Origin: Naegleria gruberi
Taxonomy: Eukaryota
DNA length: 64,000 bases
Strand: one strand, 5' to 3'
Assembly: GCA_000004985.1 (NCBI GenBank)
Contig: GG738877.1
The notes beneath the pieces are model-generated. The model ran no database searches. It had not been told where the DNA came from and was given only the letters and a program-made list of their open reading frames with translations. Positions 43,575-54,276 of the stretch are shown here, piece by piece. Every line of letters starts with the position of its first letter. Positions within the stretch are counted from its first letter, which is position 1. The position numbers and the translations under genes are program-made.

Positions 43575-46324
43575 TTATATGGAATAGTCCTTAAGATTAA
43601 TACCATATTTTTTACAAATGGCTTTCACTGTAAGTCCTTTCTCATTTTTGATATCAGTTTTACATGCTTTGCTACTTGTTATGAAGGTTATCATTGCCTT
43701 CTCAGAGTTTGTGAGGTCTCTATCTTTGACATCAATGAAACAATAGTGGAGAGGTGTATTTCCTTTCTTGTCTGCAATATTAACATCTATGGCTCTGTAA
43801 AGTTTCTTCTTCTTGTCAATTAGTTCACCAGAATGACTCAAAGTTGTAAGTCTCAGTAATTCTCTTACCATGACTGCTTTCTTTGTCTTGGCAGCAATGT
43901 GGAGAGGTGTCATTTTTCTCATATTGTCCTGATAGTTCAGTAAGGTTTGGACTCGTTGACTCACCATATTCTTCTTATAGTTTGGTACATTGCTCATTGT
44001 TTGCTGCAATAACATTTTATGCTCTTGCGATTCTCGTTCATTGAAAATGTTAATTAACTCTGACAACATGTCAACATCGCCTGACTTGGCTACTATGTGG
44101 AATACGTTCTCTCCACTATTGGAAGAGTTGGAAAGTGAATTAAAGATTTGGGTTTGATATTTGGAAGTTAAGAGATACCTAATGACATCAATTTGTGAGT
44201 TCTGAATTGCACAAAATAATGCTGACCAACCATGATCATTTCTTACCATGGTCAACAGAGTATGTGAATCTGGAAGATCGTTAATGAGAAATTTAACAAC
44301 TTCCATATCTCCATTTCCGAAAAAGTCGTGTAAAATTGTGCTACCATCATAGAGCTTGAGATTTACATCTGCTCCAAACAATAGTAAATCCTTAGCCATG
44401 TCAAAATGATGTTGTTTCAAAGCTAATCCAAGTGGTGAGAATCCATATTCATCTCTCACATTTGGCTAATTGGTGGAGTATGAAACAGGGTTTAGAATAA
44501 TTGACAAATATAAAAACTTACACTAGCATCATGACCTAACAGTAAAACCATACAAAAGTGGGATCCTGATGAACAAGCAACATGAAGTGGTGTTCTTGAC
44601 ACTTTGTCTTTCATATTGGGATCAGCATTACGATCGAGCAATAATTCCATTAGCTCAGTATTGTTCTCCCTTGCGCAAAGATGGAGGAAGCCTTTCTCCA
44701 TATCTTGAGTATTTTTCCAATTAATATCTACATTAAATTCATCCAAAATGAGTGTAGATGTAATAGCATCATTTTCTTTACAGGCAGCATATAACCTTTG
44801 ATTGAGCTGCATCTTGTCAAATCCCGCCATCTCTTTTCTGAGTACATTCTTCTTTCGTTCCAGTTCCTCTGACTCCTTTTGCTCAATGGTTTTTTCAGGC
44901 ATTGGGGTGTCTTTTCTCTCTTGTTGTAACTGTAAAACAGCTTGCAATAAATCAGAACCCTTCATAGAGGTTTTTGCAAGTAAATTATTAGTACTGCTCC
45001 TATGTTCCAGTACTATTCCAATTGTTTCCAAACTCATAGAAAGTCTGTGATCATCTATAACAGATTTTGAGAACTTGCTTCGAGATCCAGCCTTGGAGTA
45101 TTTTCTCTTTAAGCTTTGAGTGATTGAGTCCTTTGTTTGAGGATCGAGATGGAAACTAGTAGAAAGAGCGGCTGGTGAATCTACACTTCCAGTGGTTTCT
45201 ACGCTCATAGCACCTGGTGATGCAGAAGGAGTATTGCTAAATTTTGTTTGCAAATGAGGAGGTAATGTATGCTTAAGAGAACTGTTTGTGGCATTTCTCA
45301 AAATAGCAAGCTTGGTTGGAGTAATTGGACTCATTTGATTCATAACTTCATTTTTCATAGGAGTAGCAGCACTGATGGTTGACTTGCTTCTTGATTTTCT
45401 TCCTCGATTATTTCCTTCCAAAAATTCATCAATAACCTTGTCGTCAGACGATGGAGATGGATAGACAGGAGTTACAACAAGAGTGGTTTGTTCCTGTTGT
45501 AATTTTGTTGGAGTGCATTCATGTTGATGAGACATTCTCCTTTTTGAGTTTAAATTTGGTGATTGTGTTGTTCCATGAAGTGGTAAAAAATCAATATTTT
45601 CTTCTTGCTTTTTTGGAGTTTGCTTAGAAATGGCTGGTGATGAAACTTTTTGTCCCATTGAAAGGAGCATAGTTGAGTTGCCAAATATTGATTCTTCATT
45701 TGTTCCAAATGTATAATCACCCAAGTTGTTTTCACTCATCACGAATGCAATATTTACAGCAGATAAAGCACTGGTTAAATTAGGAGCTGATTTGGACAAT
45801 AATTCATTCAAATCCCTTTTTCCAATTGATGAAGCACTCAATCTTTCATCATCCTCCAGTGGTATATTTACATTGGCAAATACTGGATCATTATCTGTAA
45901 TTCTTGGCGAGGGAGCTCCTGAATACAAGAGCTGTCCTGAAATATCCATCATTCCATTTTCCGATGATGTAAATTGGTATAAATTAACTTGAGAATTACC
46001 CAAACTACTATTACTACTGCTATTACTGCTTGTTCCACTCCTTGATGTTTCTTCTGATGATTTTGTTGTTAGAGATTTGCCACTATTTGATGGATAAATA
46101 GGCGACGAGATGGTAATATTTTCCATGGTCATCACGACAGGTTCATTTCGAATGAATGTTGAATTATTAGAAACTCGAGCTTCATCATTAGATGATGAAG
46201 TATTTTGTTTTAGTGCTACACTCAACTCGAGAGAAGGTTGATAGACTTTGTGTGTCTCCCTCATTGTAGTTGTATCATTCCTTGAGTATTGTTGTGTTGT
46301 TTCTTCATGTTGGTGGGATGACAT
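43575..46324 (-). CDS. Ankyrin-repeat protein (about 898 aa). Two exons (minus strand): 44522..46324, 43575..44465.
   Basis: The N-terminal 400 aa are S/T-rich. ANK repeats span both exons (TPLHVACSSGSHFCMVLLLGHDAS | PNVRDEYGFSPLGLALKQHHFDMAKDLLLFGADVN...). A 56-nt GTAAGT...aattag intron joins them in frame. Confidence 0.7.
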
Positions 46325-46871
46325 TTTTTATTTAAAATTAGCCTTTGTTTTTTCAAATTCCCAATTGGGTGACACTACAACATACAGACGCTTTTATGCA
46401 CTTCCTAATTGGCATAATACACATCAGAGTCACGCAAAGTATCAACTGGTTCGAGGGCATAGAGAATGGAATTGTCAACTTGTTGCTCAAAGAGGGAGGA
46501 ATGTTTCATTTCTGATAATTCTCAATGTGATTTTGTATTAATTGTAAAGTGTTGAGAATGTTCATAGTGCATGGAATTTGAAAATGCAAAAAATACATTC
46601 GAATCATTTTAGTGTTTCTGTGAATAGGAAGATATGTGACTCTAGGTTTTCATAGAGATGGATTCGAATAATCTCTATGAAATTGAGCCTCTGCAAATGA
46701 GCAAGAAAATTTCCTTGTTCGAATTGAAGCACAAAACTGTTTGGTTCAAAATTGGAAAATCTAAAAAAAAATTGCTAAACATTTCTGCCAAGCCTTCCTC
46801 TAATTCTTAAGAATTTGTGAACAAAAAACAATTCCGAAGATTTCGGTTTTGATTCGGAAAAGAAAATCATC

Positions 46872-47738
46872 ATGTTTATGCAGCAACAAGAGCAGCAACC
46901 TCAGCAACAGTATGGAAATTATTGGGTGGACTATCAAGGCAGAAACAATGTGCAAACAGATTATTCTTCTGCACCTAACATGATGAATAATGATCATCAA
47001 AGAACTGATAGTCAAGAAAATGCATCGCGGACTTATGTCTATCGAGATAACTATTCAGGTCCTGAGAATGGTTGTGAGTATGTCTATCACCAAACACAAC
47101 CACATATTTATGAAAATGCAAATTACAATGTAAATAATAATCAACCTAATCTCATCATGACCCAGAATTTTGTCAACCAAAATGAAATTGTAAATAGTAA
47201 CAGTTCTTTGAGAGGATGTTTGGAGGAAAATATTCATAAGAGAAAATTCGATTCAATAGATGAAAAAGATGAAATCCTTGAAGATGACGAAGATCAATCA
47301 CCAACAGTAGCAAACAATGAATTTGCGAGAGATGCAAAAAGAGTGAAAAAGAGTCTTAGCTCTATTTTGGCAAACTTACAGGTTTCCGAAGAGGATAAAC
47401 CTCAACCTAATTCTAAATGCACACAATTAATGTGCTACAATGAAAATATTTCAACTCAAACACCTAAGATATTGAACCAACCAACCATAGATGAAACTGT
47501 GAATGATCTCCTTCGTAAAAAATTACTTTCCTCAATAATGGCTCAACCAAATGGAAAGTACATTCCAGATCCAAAAACTGACTTGAAACTTCAATCCACC
47601 AATGAGGAAGAAGAGGATGATAACCAAACAGCAGTTGTTCTTTACCGAGATGTAATTGGAAGAGATGAAGTATTAAGAAAACTTGCAGGACAACAAAATG
47701 AAAACCCTCAATCAACAAACCAAATGTCAGACGAATAA
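46872..47738 (+). CDS. Hypothetical Q/N-rich acidic protein (288 aa).
   Basis: ORF with ATG. Low complexity; no family recognised. Confidence 0.45.
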   Translation: MFMQQQEQQPQQQYGNYWVDYQGRNNVQTDYSSAPNMMNNDHQRTDSQENASRTYVYRDNYSGPENGCEYVYHQTQPHIYENANYNVNNNQPNLIMTQNFVNQNEIVNSNSSLRGCLEENIHKRKFDSIDEKDEILEDDEDQSPTVANNEFARDAKRVKKSLSSILANLQVSEEDKPQPNSKCTQLMCYNENISTQTPKILNQPTIDETVNDLLRKKLLSSIMAQPNGKYIPDPKTDLKLQSTNEEEEDDNQTAVVLYRDVIGRDEVLRKLAGQQNENPQSTNQMSDE

Positions 47739-47995
47739 ATTATCATCATGTAAATATTACTCAAACAAAATTCCAGAAAAGTCATTTGCCAACAAGTCCA
47801 ATTTTGTACATATCATCCATAACAGATCCAGCAATGTTCTTATCTCACATCTTGCCAACAAATGCTCTAGCAACAACAACAATAAGTTAAATAGTGTGAC
47901 ACTCAACACTTCCTTTCAAATTGAAAAAATCCACCTTCACGTTCTCTCTCCAATTCATAACGTTCACTTCATCATCAAATTAAAAAGAAGAAAAA

Positions 47996-49573
47996 ATGTT
48001 TAGGCGTTTGCTGAGTATGATTGGTGTTACACCCAAGCAAGATACGACCCGAACCAATCTTCAGATCCTTGCTGATCAAGAGGCAAATTCACCTGAAGAT
48101 CAAGAAGCATCTAAAAGGAAACGAGAGTATGAATTAATAGAGGATTGTCCACCTAATTCAATAGTATTTCTTTTCGGAACAGAAAGTAATAGTGTTTATA
48201 ATCGATTGGTTAAATATATTGTCAAACAGGATAAGAGTAAGAAGGAAAATAGTGATAATTTATTATTTAATTCAGATTCTGTTGTTCAGTATGCTCCTCT
48301 TCCTTGTTCATCACATTCTATCATTCTTCTTCCTAAAATTGATGATGAGAAAAATCAGTTACAAGCCTCAAAGAGAATAATCATTTGGGGAGGAAAGAAA
48401 AATGTTCGTGATATTACTTCTAATATGAGTACAGCTTTAACGGTTAAAGAAGATAGTTTATTAACTTATTATGATTGTGATTTAAATATGTGGCGATATG
48501 CTGAAAGTGTTAGACATACTTATTCAAATAATCCTTATAGACCAAATCCGAGCCTATTCTATCATACAACAACATTGAATCCAAACAATATGTGTATTTA
48601 TATATTTGGAGGAAGTTCTAATGATAGCTCTTCTGCTGACACCTTAGTTTCAAACAAACTCTATTGTGTGAGCATTGCTGAAGATTGGAAATGGAGGTTT
48701 ATTCCACTTGAATCTCTTTATTTTCAAACAGCACCACCCGATTATGTAAAACCAGAGGATGAAGAACCTGTAACTAAAATTGTTGGAGTGAGAGGTCATT
48801 CATGTGTTTATAGAAGTCGTAAAAACAGTTTGATAGTTTATGGAGGTAATTTTGGTGGATCTAAACTTTCGTCCAATATGTTTGAGTTTGATTGTAACAC
48901 TGAAACTTGGTCCCTCATCCCTCAAGTTAATAAGGTTGCTCCAAGGGCATATCATAATGCTATTTATTGTAAAAACAGAGATTGTATGATAGTGTTTGGT
49001 GGTGAAGTGTTTGATAATACAACAGGAAGACTGGAAATCATCAAGGATATGTGTTTATTCTATTTCGAAGAGAAGAGATGGTATAATATATTATTTAGAG
49101 GCGATGTCCCTTCTCCAATTTGTACATTTGGTCACTGTACTACGATTGTGTATGATAGATTTATAATTTCATATGGAGGCTGTAACAGAGAATTCCAACC
49201 AAAGAATCAATGTTTAGTTTTCGACTTATTCGAGAGAAGGTGGATAAAGTTAAATGTAAAGCTTAAAGCTGTGGAAGTGAGTGCCAAGCATACTTTGGAA
49301 AATTCACAGAATGAAGAATATTGGGATTTATCCTACTCGACCATTTTACCACCACTTAATTGTTCTGCAATGACATATGATGAAGAAGCTGAATGCTTAG
49401 TATTTTATGGAGGTTATGTAACAGATAAGGAAAAGTGTGCTTCATTATTCAGAGTTAAATTGGATTTCTCTCTATTTTTTGTTGAGAAGCATTTTGTTTA
49501 CTGGAATTATATTCGATCCACGTTGAGCAATCCAGACAGATTTAATGACTTGGTTATTAAAGTGTCGAATTAA
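47996..49573 (+). CDS. Kelch-repeat beta-propeller protein (525 aa).
   Basis: Repeated Kelch-like blades (IFGGSS, IVYGGNFGG, IVFGGEVFD, ISYGGCN, VFYGGYV) with W/Y spacing. ATG after aaaaa. Confidence 0.7.
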   Translation: MFRRLLSMIGVTPKQDTTRTNLQILADQEANSPEDQEASKRKREYELIEDCPPNSIVFLFGTESNSVYNRLVKYIVKQDKSKKENSDNLLFNSDSVVQYAPLPCSSHSIILLPKIDDEKNQLQASKRIIIWGGKKNVRDITSNMSTALTVKEDSLLTYYDCDLNMWRYAESVRHTYSNNPYRPNPSLFYHTTTLNPNNMCIYIFGGSSNDSSSADTLVSNKLYCVSIAEDWKWRFIPLESLYFQTAPPDYVKPEDEEPVTKIVGVRGHSCVYRSRKNSLIVYGGNFGGSKLSSNMFEFDCNTETWSLIPQVNKVAPRAYHNAIYCKNRDCMIVFGGEVFDNTTGRLEIIKDMCLFYFEEKRWYNILFRGDVPSPICTFGHCTTIVYDRFIISYGGCNREFQPKNQCLVFDLFERRWIKLNVKLKAVEVSAKHTLENSQNEEYWDLSYSTILPPLNCSAMTYDEEAECLVFYGGYVTDKEKCASLFRVKLDFSLFFVEKHFVYWNYIRSTLSNPDRFNDLVIKVSN

Positions 49574-49667
49574 ACTTGAATATTGTAAATAAGTATCACG
49601 AACTGATCTTTAAGGATTTTATAGAGAAGTTAGTCCTTTCTATCCAACAGCTTGAGTTTACAAAAAA

Positions 49668-50561
49668 ATGACCGAAAGAGAAACTTGTCTTCGTTTGCAT
49701 TTTCCATTGTGGCAAGGTGGAAATAATCCTGCCTATTACTTTGGTGCTTCTTTATTGGCATGGCTAGCCCCCCAGAATACCACTGATGTGATTGAAACAG
49801 TGAATGTTACTGAACCTTTGGACGAAACTAATTGCTCATCTTTGGAAAAGGTTGAAGGTATAGTTGGTAAACATGAGATTCAACAACAACTCAGTAAGGC
49901 CAGATATATTATTGAACAACATTCTCCAGAAAAGATTGTCACTCTTGGAGGTGATTGTTTAGTTGATTTGGTTGAATTTGCACATTTATGTGAGAAATAT
50001 GGAGATGAATTAGGAATTCTTTGGATAGATACCCATCCAGATGTAATGACATCAAAGGAGTTTCAACACGCCCATGCCATGGTATTATCTGCATTGATGG
50101 GAAAGAATGACGAATGGTTAGTTGACTATGTCAAGAAACCAATTGCATCCAATCGAGTTATGATTGCTGGTTTAAATAATGAAACTGAGTATGAAAAGCA
50201 ATTCATTAAGGATAATTCTTTGAGAGTTTATAGACCAGAGGATATCAAAACGAAATTGGGATTAATCAAAAAGTGGATAGCTGAGGAAAAGATCAAATAT
50301 TTGGCAATTCATATAGATTTGGATGTATTAAGCACAATGCACTTTAAATCACTTTTATTCTCAAATCCAAATGTCCCTCTTAACCACTATGATGGTATTG
50401 CTCAAGGTCTTCTTTCATTAGAAGATGTTTCAGGTTTAATTGAAGAAGCCTCCGAAAATTCTAAAGTTGTAGGATTGGGCATTACAGAATTTTTACCTTG
50501 GGATTGTCTGAATTTGAGAAACATGTTGGCAAAGTTTCCTCTGTTCAACAATAATAAATAA
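49668..50561 (+). CDS. Arginase/agmatinase-fold (ureohydrolase superfamily) protein with a non-canonical first metal-binding motif (297 aa).
   Basis: LGGDCLVDL (versus canonical GGDHS), IDTHPDV (DxHxD) and HIDLDVLS (SxDxD-like) appear in the canonical order and spacing. Confidence 0.6.
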   Translation: MTERETCLRLHFPLWQGGNNPAYYFGASLLAWLAPQNTTDVIETVNVTEPLDETNCSSLEKVEGIVGKHEIQQQLSKARYIIEQHSPEKIVTLGGDCLVDLVEFAHLCEKYGDELGILWIDTHPDVMTSKEFQHAHAMVLSALMGKNDEWLVDYVKKPIASNRVMIAGLNNETEYEKQFIKDNSLRVYRPEDIKTKLGLIKKWIAEEKIKYLAIHIDLDVLSTMHFKSLLFSNPNVPLNHYDGIAQGLLSLEDVSGLIEEASENSKVVGLGITEFLPWDCLNLRNMLAKFPLFNNNK

Positions 50562-50610
50562 TCAACAAATAGGGATATCACGGTTTGAATTATTTGCTGT
50601 TTATATACAA

Positions 50611-51594
50611 TTAAGCTTCGATTTGTGTATTATTTACATTTTTCATTTCAACTTCATTATCATTTGAATAGTTAGAATCATTGTTAGAAAATAATTGAAT
50701 GAATAGGTAGGAAAGTGGCTGAGCAAAGCACCAAACATTGCATTCATAATCGAATGATTCATTAACATCTGAGCTGTCTTGCTTTTTCTTTCCCTTTTTT
50801 TGAGGAGTTCCATCATTTCCTAGAGAAATTTCATGGAAATCATCATATTCATCGTCGTGTATTTGTTGATGTTCATCAATTGGTGGATTGGGTAACATGG
50901 TTGACCCTCTCAATGCACTTAGTCCAGGTATTATCGATTTTCCTATTTGTCTTGGAGAAAGTGATACTTCTACAGGTATCTCAACCTTGTTTTCCTGTAT
51001 TTCCAAATCGTCAGTCGAGCTACTCTCTGATATTACTGACGTATTAATGTTGACTGAACTGAATGGGTGAGTTGTTGTAATTGTATAATTTGTTGTAATT
51101 GTATATTCCTCACTTTCTACAGTATTCGAAACACTAATTTGACTATGAATCAATGGTTGCTCAACTGATTCATCCAAATTAGCAGAAGAATTCCCAAATG
51201 ATTCATTATGATTAATCGATGATGTTGTTGCTTGTTCTTTCTTTTCAGTTTCATAGTCTAATTGAGCCAAATGCTCAAACATTTTCAATTCATCATCGTT
51301 TAAAAGTTGTGGCGATGCTGTTCTATCATTACTGAGTTGAGATTCATCATCACTTCTCCCAACATTATTTGTACTTTCAATTTTCAATTCGGATAGTCGT
51401 TGATCATTATCAATTTGTTCTTCTTCATTATCATCCCGAACCACATCAAATGTTTGACTATCATCTGATGATCCATCCATTATTTTGTTTGATTCTTCCA
51501 TTGTTGTAGTTGAATGATTCGTTGTTGTTGTAGTAGCATCTTCTTCAGCAGCCACAATATCATCACTATCAACCATTACTACACTCTCGGTCAT
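50611..51594 (-). CDS. Hypothetical acidic S/T/N-rich protein (327 aa).
   Basis: ORF with ATG after an A-rich stretch. Low complexity. Confidence 0.45.
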   Translation of the reverse strand: MTESVVMVDSDDIVAAEEDATTTTTNHSTTTMEESNKIMDGSSDDSQTFDVVRDDNEEEQIDNDQRLSELKIESTNNVGRSDDESQLSNDRTASPQLLNDDELKMFEHLAQLDYETEKKEQATTSSINHNESFGNSSANLDESVEQPLIHSQISVSNTVESEEYTITTNYTITTTHPFSSVNINTSVISESSSTDDLEIQENKVEIPVEVSLSPRQIGKSIIPGLSALRGSTMLPNPPIDEHQQIHDDEYDDFHEISLGNDGTPQKKGKKKQDSSDVNESFDYECNVWCFAQPLSYLFIQLFSNNDSNYSNDNEVEMKNVNNTQIEA

Positions 51595-51845
51595 TTACAA
51601 AGGGTTTGAGTTGTTGTCTTTTTTTATTTTAGTTGAAAAACTAATAATAGCCAAAGACAAGATCTACGATAATAATATTTGAGGAGAATTGATGCGAAAG
51701 TGTGTTGATGATTGAAAGCTGCACTGTAGTACATGACAAACTTCAATCTTATTTTCCAAATTGTTACAAACATGACAATACAGAATGTTTTGGTAATATT
51801 TAATTCTGCAATAGTTGACTAGAGTCAATAAAAAAATAGCGCCAA

Positions 51846-52754
51846 ATGATTTCTTGTTTGTGCTCCGATTTGTGGTTGGAAATATTGAGTTTCATTCCTA
51901 TTGGTGATAGGAAAAGAGAGTGGAAGATGAGAGTGAAGGAAGTGGTCAATTTGGAACGAGTTTGTTCGGAAATTGCTGAAAAAGTGAATTGGCAAGTGGT
52001 GTTTTATCAGATTGCCAAAAGGTTGATGATGGAATGTGCTTCCGAATTTTGGATTAATTATTCTTCTTCCTTTCAATTGATGCAATCAATAGAGGAGGAA
52101 TGTTTATTAGGTAGAAGGGAAGGTAATTTGATTAAGAAGAAGTATGATAGAGGAGAATTGATGGAGATGTTTAATGACTTTAGGAGTGATATTGATTGGA
52201 GAAGAGTTGTGAAATTAATATTGCAGGAATCATTTGTGGAGAGCTATTTGGTTCGATTGACTGAAACATTGATATCAAAGATTTATAGTTGTGGATTCTT
52301 TTTGCGATGTCTATCGTGTGGATTTGTAACAACTAGAGAAAAGAAAGATTTACTTGAATTTAGGGAAAATTTGAATGAATTCAATCAGGATTTTGTATTG
52401 TCCTTTATGAACCAATTTATTGAATCAAAATTCAATTATAGATTATTAGACATTGCTCTTGTCTCAGAATGCATTACAGAATTTGATTATGATGAAATTA
52501 GTGAGGATGAGAGATTTAGGAGAAGGTTATTGGATTGGTGGTTTAACATTGCACGAGGTTGTTTCAAAGAATTAAGACAATGTATGAAAAGAAGGAGATT
52601 TGGAAAGTATCAAGAATTGAAACTTGTAGGAACAATTCAAAACTCAAATGTTGATAGAAACTACCCGACCTATCATTTCAAAGTTTCTTGCATATTAATG
52701 ATGAATAATAATTTTCTGATAGCGCTCATAATTCCTCGCAAAATGTTAATGTAA
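51846..52754 (+). CDS. F-box-like protein (302 aa).
   Basis: The N-terminus CSDLWLEILSFIPIGDRKREWKMRVKEVVNLERVC fits an F-box consensus (LxxEILxxIxxxxxxxxxxVCKxW). Confidence 0.5.
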   Translation: MISCLCSDLWLEILSFIPIGDRKREWKMRVKEVVNLERVCSEIAEKVNWQVVFYQIAKRLMMECASEFWINYSSSFQLMQSIEEECLLGRREGNLIKKKYDRGELMEMFNDFRSDIDWRRVVKLILQESFVESYLVRLTETLISKIYSCGFFLRCLSCGFVTTREKKDLLEFRENLNEFNQDFVLSFMNQFIESKFNYRLLDIALVSECITEFDYDEISEDERFRRRLLDWWFNIARGCFKELRQCMKRRRFGKYQELKLVGTIQNSNVDRNYPTYHFKVSCILMMNNNFLIALIIPRKMLM

Positions 52755-53045
52755 TGATGTTCCAAACCTTGGACAGTCAACCTAGGTTTTGAAATCTTTC
52801 CCGATTGTAAAGGTTGGAGCTATAAATAGTAGGTTGTAATTGGAAAAATATCTTGTTGAAGGAGAACAAAAAAAACCATCAACTTCAAGACACAAGCCAG
52901 AGGCTAGTATTGTTGTTTGGAAGCAATTATAAACATGTTTATATGTTGACATTTCTGTTAGTGGCCTTGAGCATTAGCGGGAATGTCTTCGATATAAACT
53001 GTGATATAATCTGAAACATCTCTTATTAAGAGCGAAATAAATAAT

Positions 53046-54245
53046 TTATTTCAATTCTCTTCTTTTAATTTCTGCTTGAATAAGCTTGTTAACATAATAT
53101 TGGTCATCTCTTATGAAATCCAAGGCATAAGCGTTCACTATGAATGAATCCAAGTACACACTTTGATCAAGAGGCTCCATTGTATTTACACTTCTGAGAT
53201 CTACAATGCCTTTGAGTGGAAATTCAGCATAAACTGATACATTGTCATCAAAGAAGATCTGCATTACATCATTATCATTTTCATCAATGAGGAAAATCTT
53301 ACCAGAATGAGTATACATACTATTGGCACACCACCAATAGTAAAAGTCACGAATTAATCTACTCTCACCAGTCTTTGACTTTTCAACGATATTATTGTAA
53401 ATATCTTTGAAACCACTAATTACTTTTCTAGAACCAAGATTCAATTTTTCCACTGGAGTAAATGAAAGCATTCCATCAACAAATTCCAAATGATTTGGAA
53501 TGAAATATGCATTCGTAGGACTATTTCTATACACATGACCAACCATTTCATCCTTGTCAGCAAGGATTTGCTTATTTTGGAAAAATTCTTTTTGCAAATC
53601 TGTAAGAGAAAAATCAGGATGGCTACCAGCACAAAAACTGTTAAATTCCTCAATCACTGAATCGATATCCTCTTTGGAGCCAAAAGTTCTAATAATTAAT
53701 TGAAAATCTCTCCTTGTTTCACATAAATGAAGCATTAATTGGAAGAATGCAGGTATAATATTTACAAAATCCTTTTCAGTTGCATTATCTATTGTTACTC
53801 CTCTATCCATAGAGCTCTTTCTCAAAAGTAATTTCTTCAATTGTTCAAAATCTCTCTTAAATTCACTTCCCAACTTGGAATCCAAAAATGTTTTAATCTT
53901 TTCAGTTCTCATTTGTTTAATTATTGCATTATTCTTTTTACGTTCAATCATTGAAACAGACTCGTCATATTCTGGATACGGATGAACATCATATTCCAAA
54001 TAATCATAATAACTCTTAATATTTTCATCATTTCCATCATTATATTTAGATTTCAACTCTGGATCCAAAAGTTTAAATTGTTTATCTTCGGAAACAACAC
54101 CCCACACAGAGGACATGATAATTTGATTTAAAATATCATCCATAGATTTTCCGGCAGCTGCATCAGCAATGAGCATTGTTTTGTTGACATCAAAATGGAG
54201 AATTAATTGTTTGTGTTGGAGGGAAGAAGGAGCTTGTTGGGACAT
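53046..54245 (-). CDS. Hypothetical protein (399 aa).
   Basis: Single ORF with ATG after a 7-A run. No family recognised. Confidence 0.5.
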   Translation of the reverse strand: MSQQAPSSLQHKQLILHFDVNKTMLIADAAAGKSMDDILNQIIMSSVWGVVSEDKQFKLLDPELKSKYNDGNDENIKSYYDYLEYDVHPYPEYDESVSMIERKKNNAIIKQMRTEKIKTFLDSKLGSEFKRDFEQLKKLLLRKSSMDRGVTIDNATEKDFVNIIPAFFQLMLHLCETRRDFQLIIRTFGSKEDIDSVIEEFNSFCAGSHPDFSLTDLQKEFFQNKQILADKDEMVGHVYRNSPTNAYFIPNHLEFVDGMLSFTPVEKLNLGSRKVISGFKDIYNNIVEKSKTGESRLIRDFYYWWCANSMYTHSGKIFLIDENDNDVMQIFFDDNVSVYAEFPLKGIVDLRSVNTMEPLDQSVYLDSFIVNAYALDFIRDDQYYVNKLIQAEIKRRELK

Positions 54246-54276
54246 TTTTTTTGAATAATAAATAGATTACAACATT

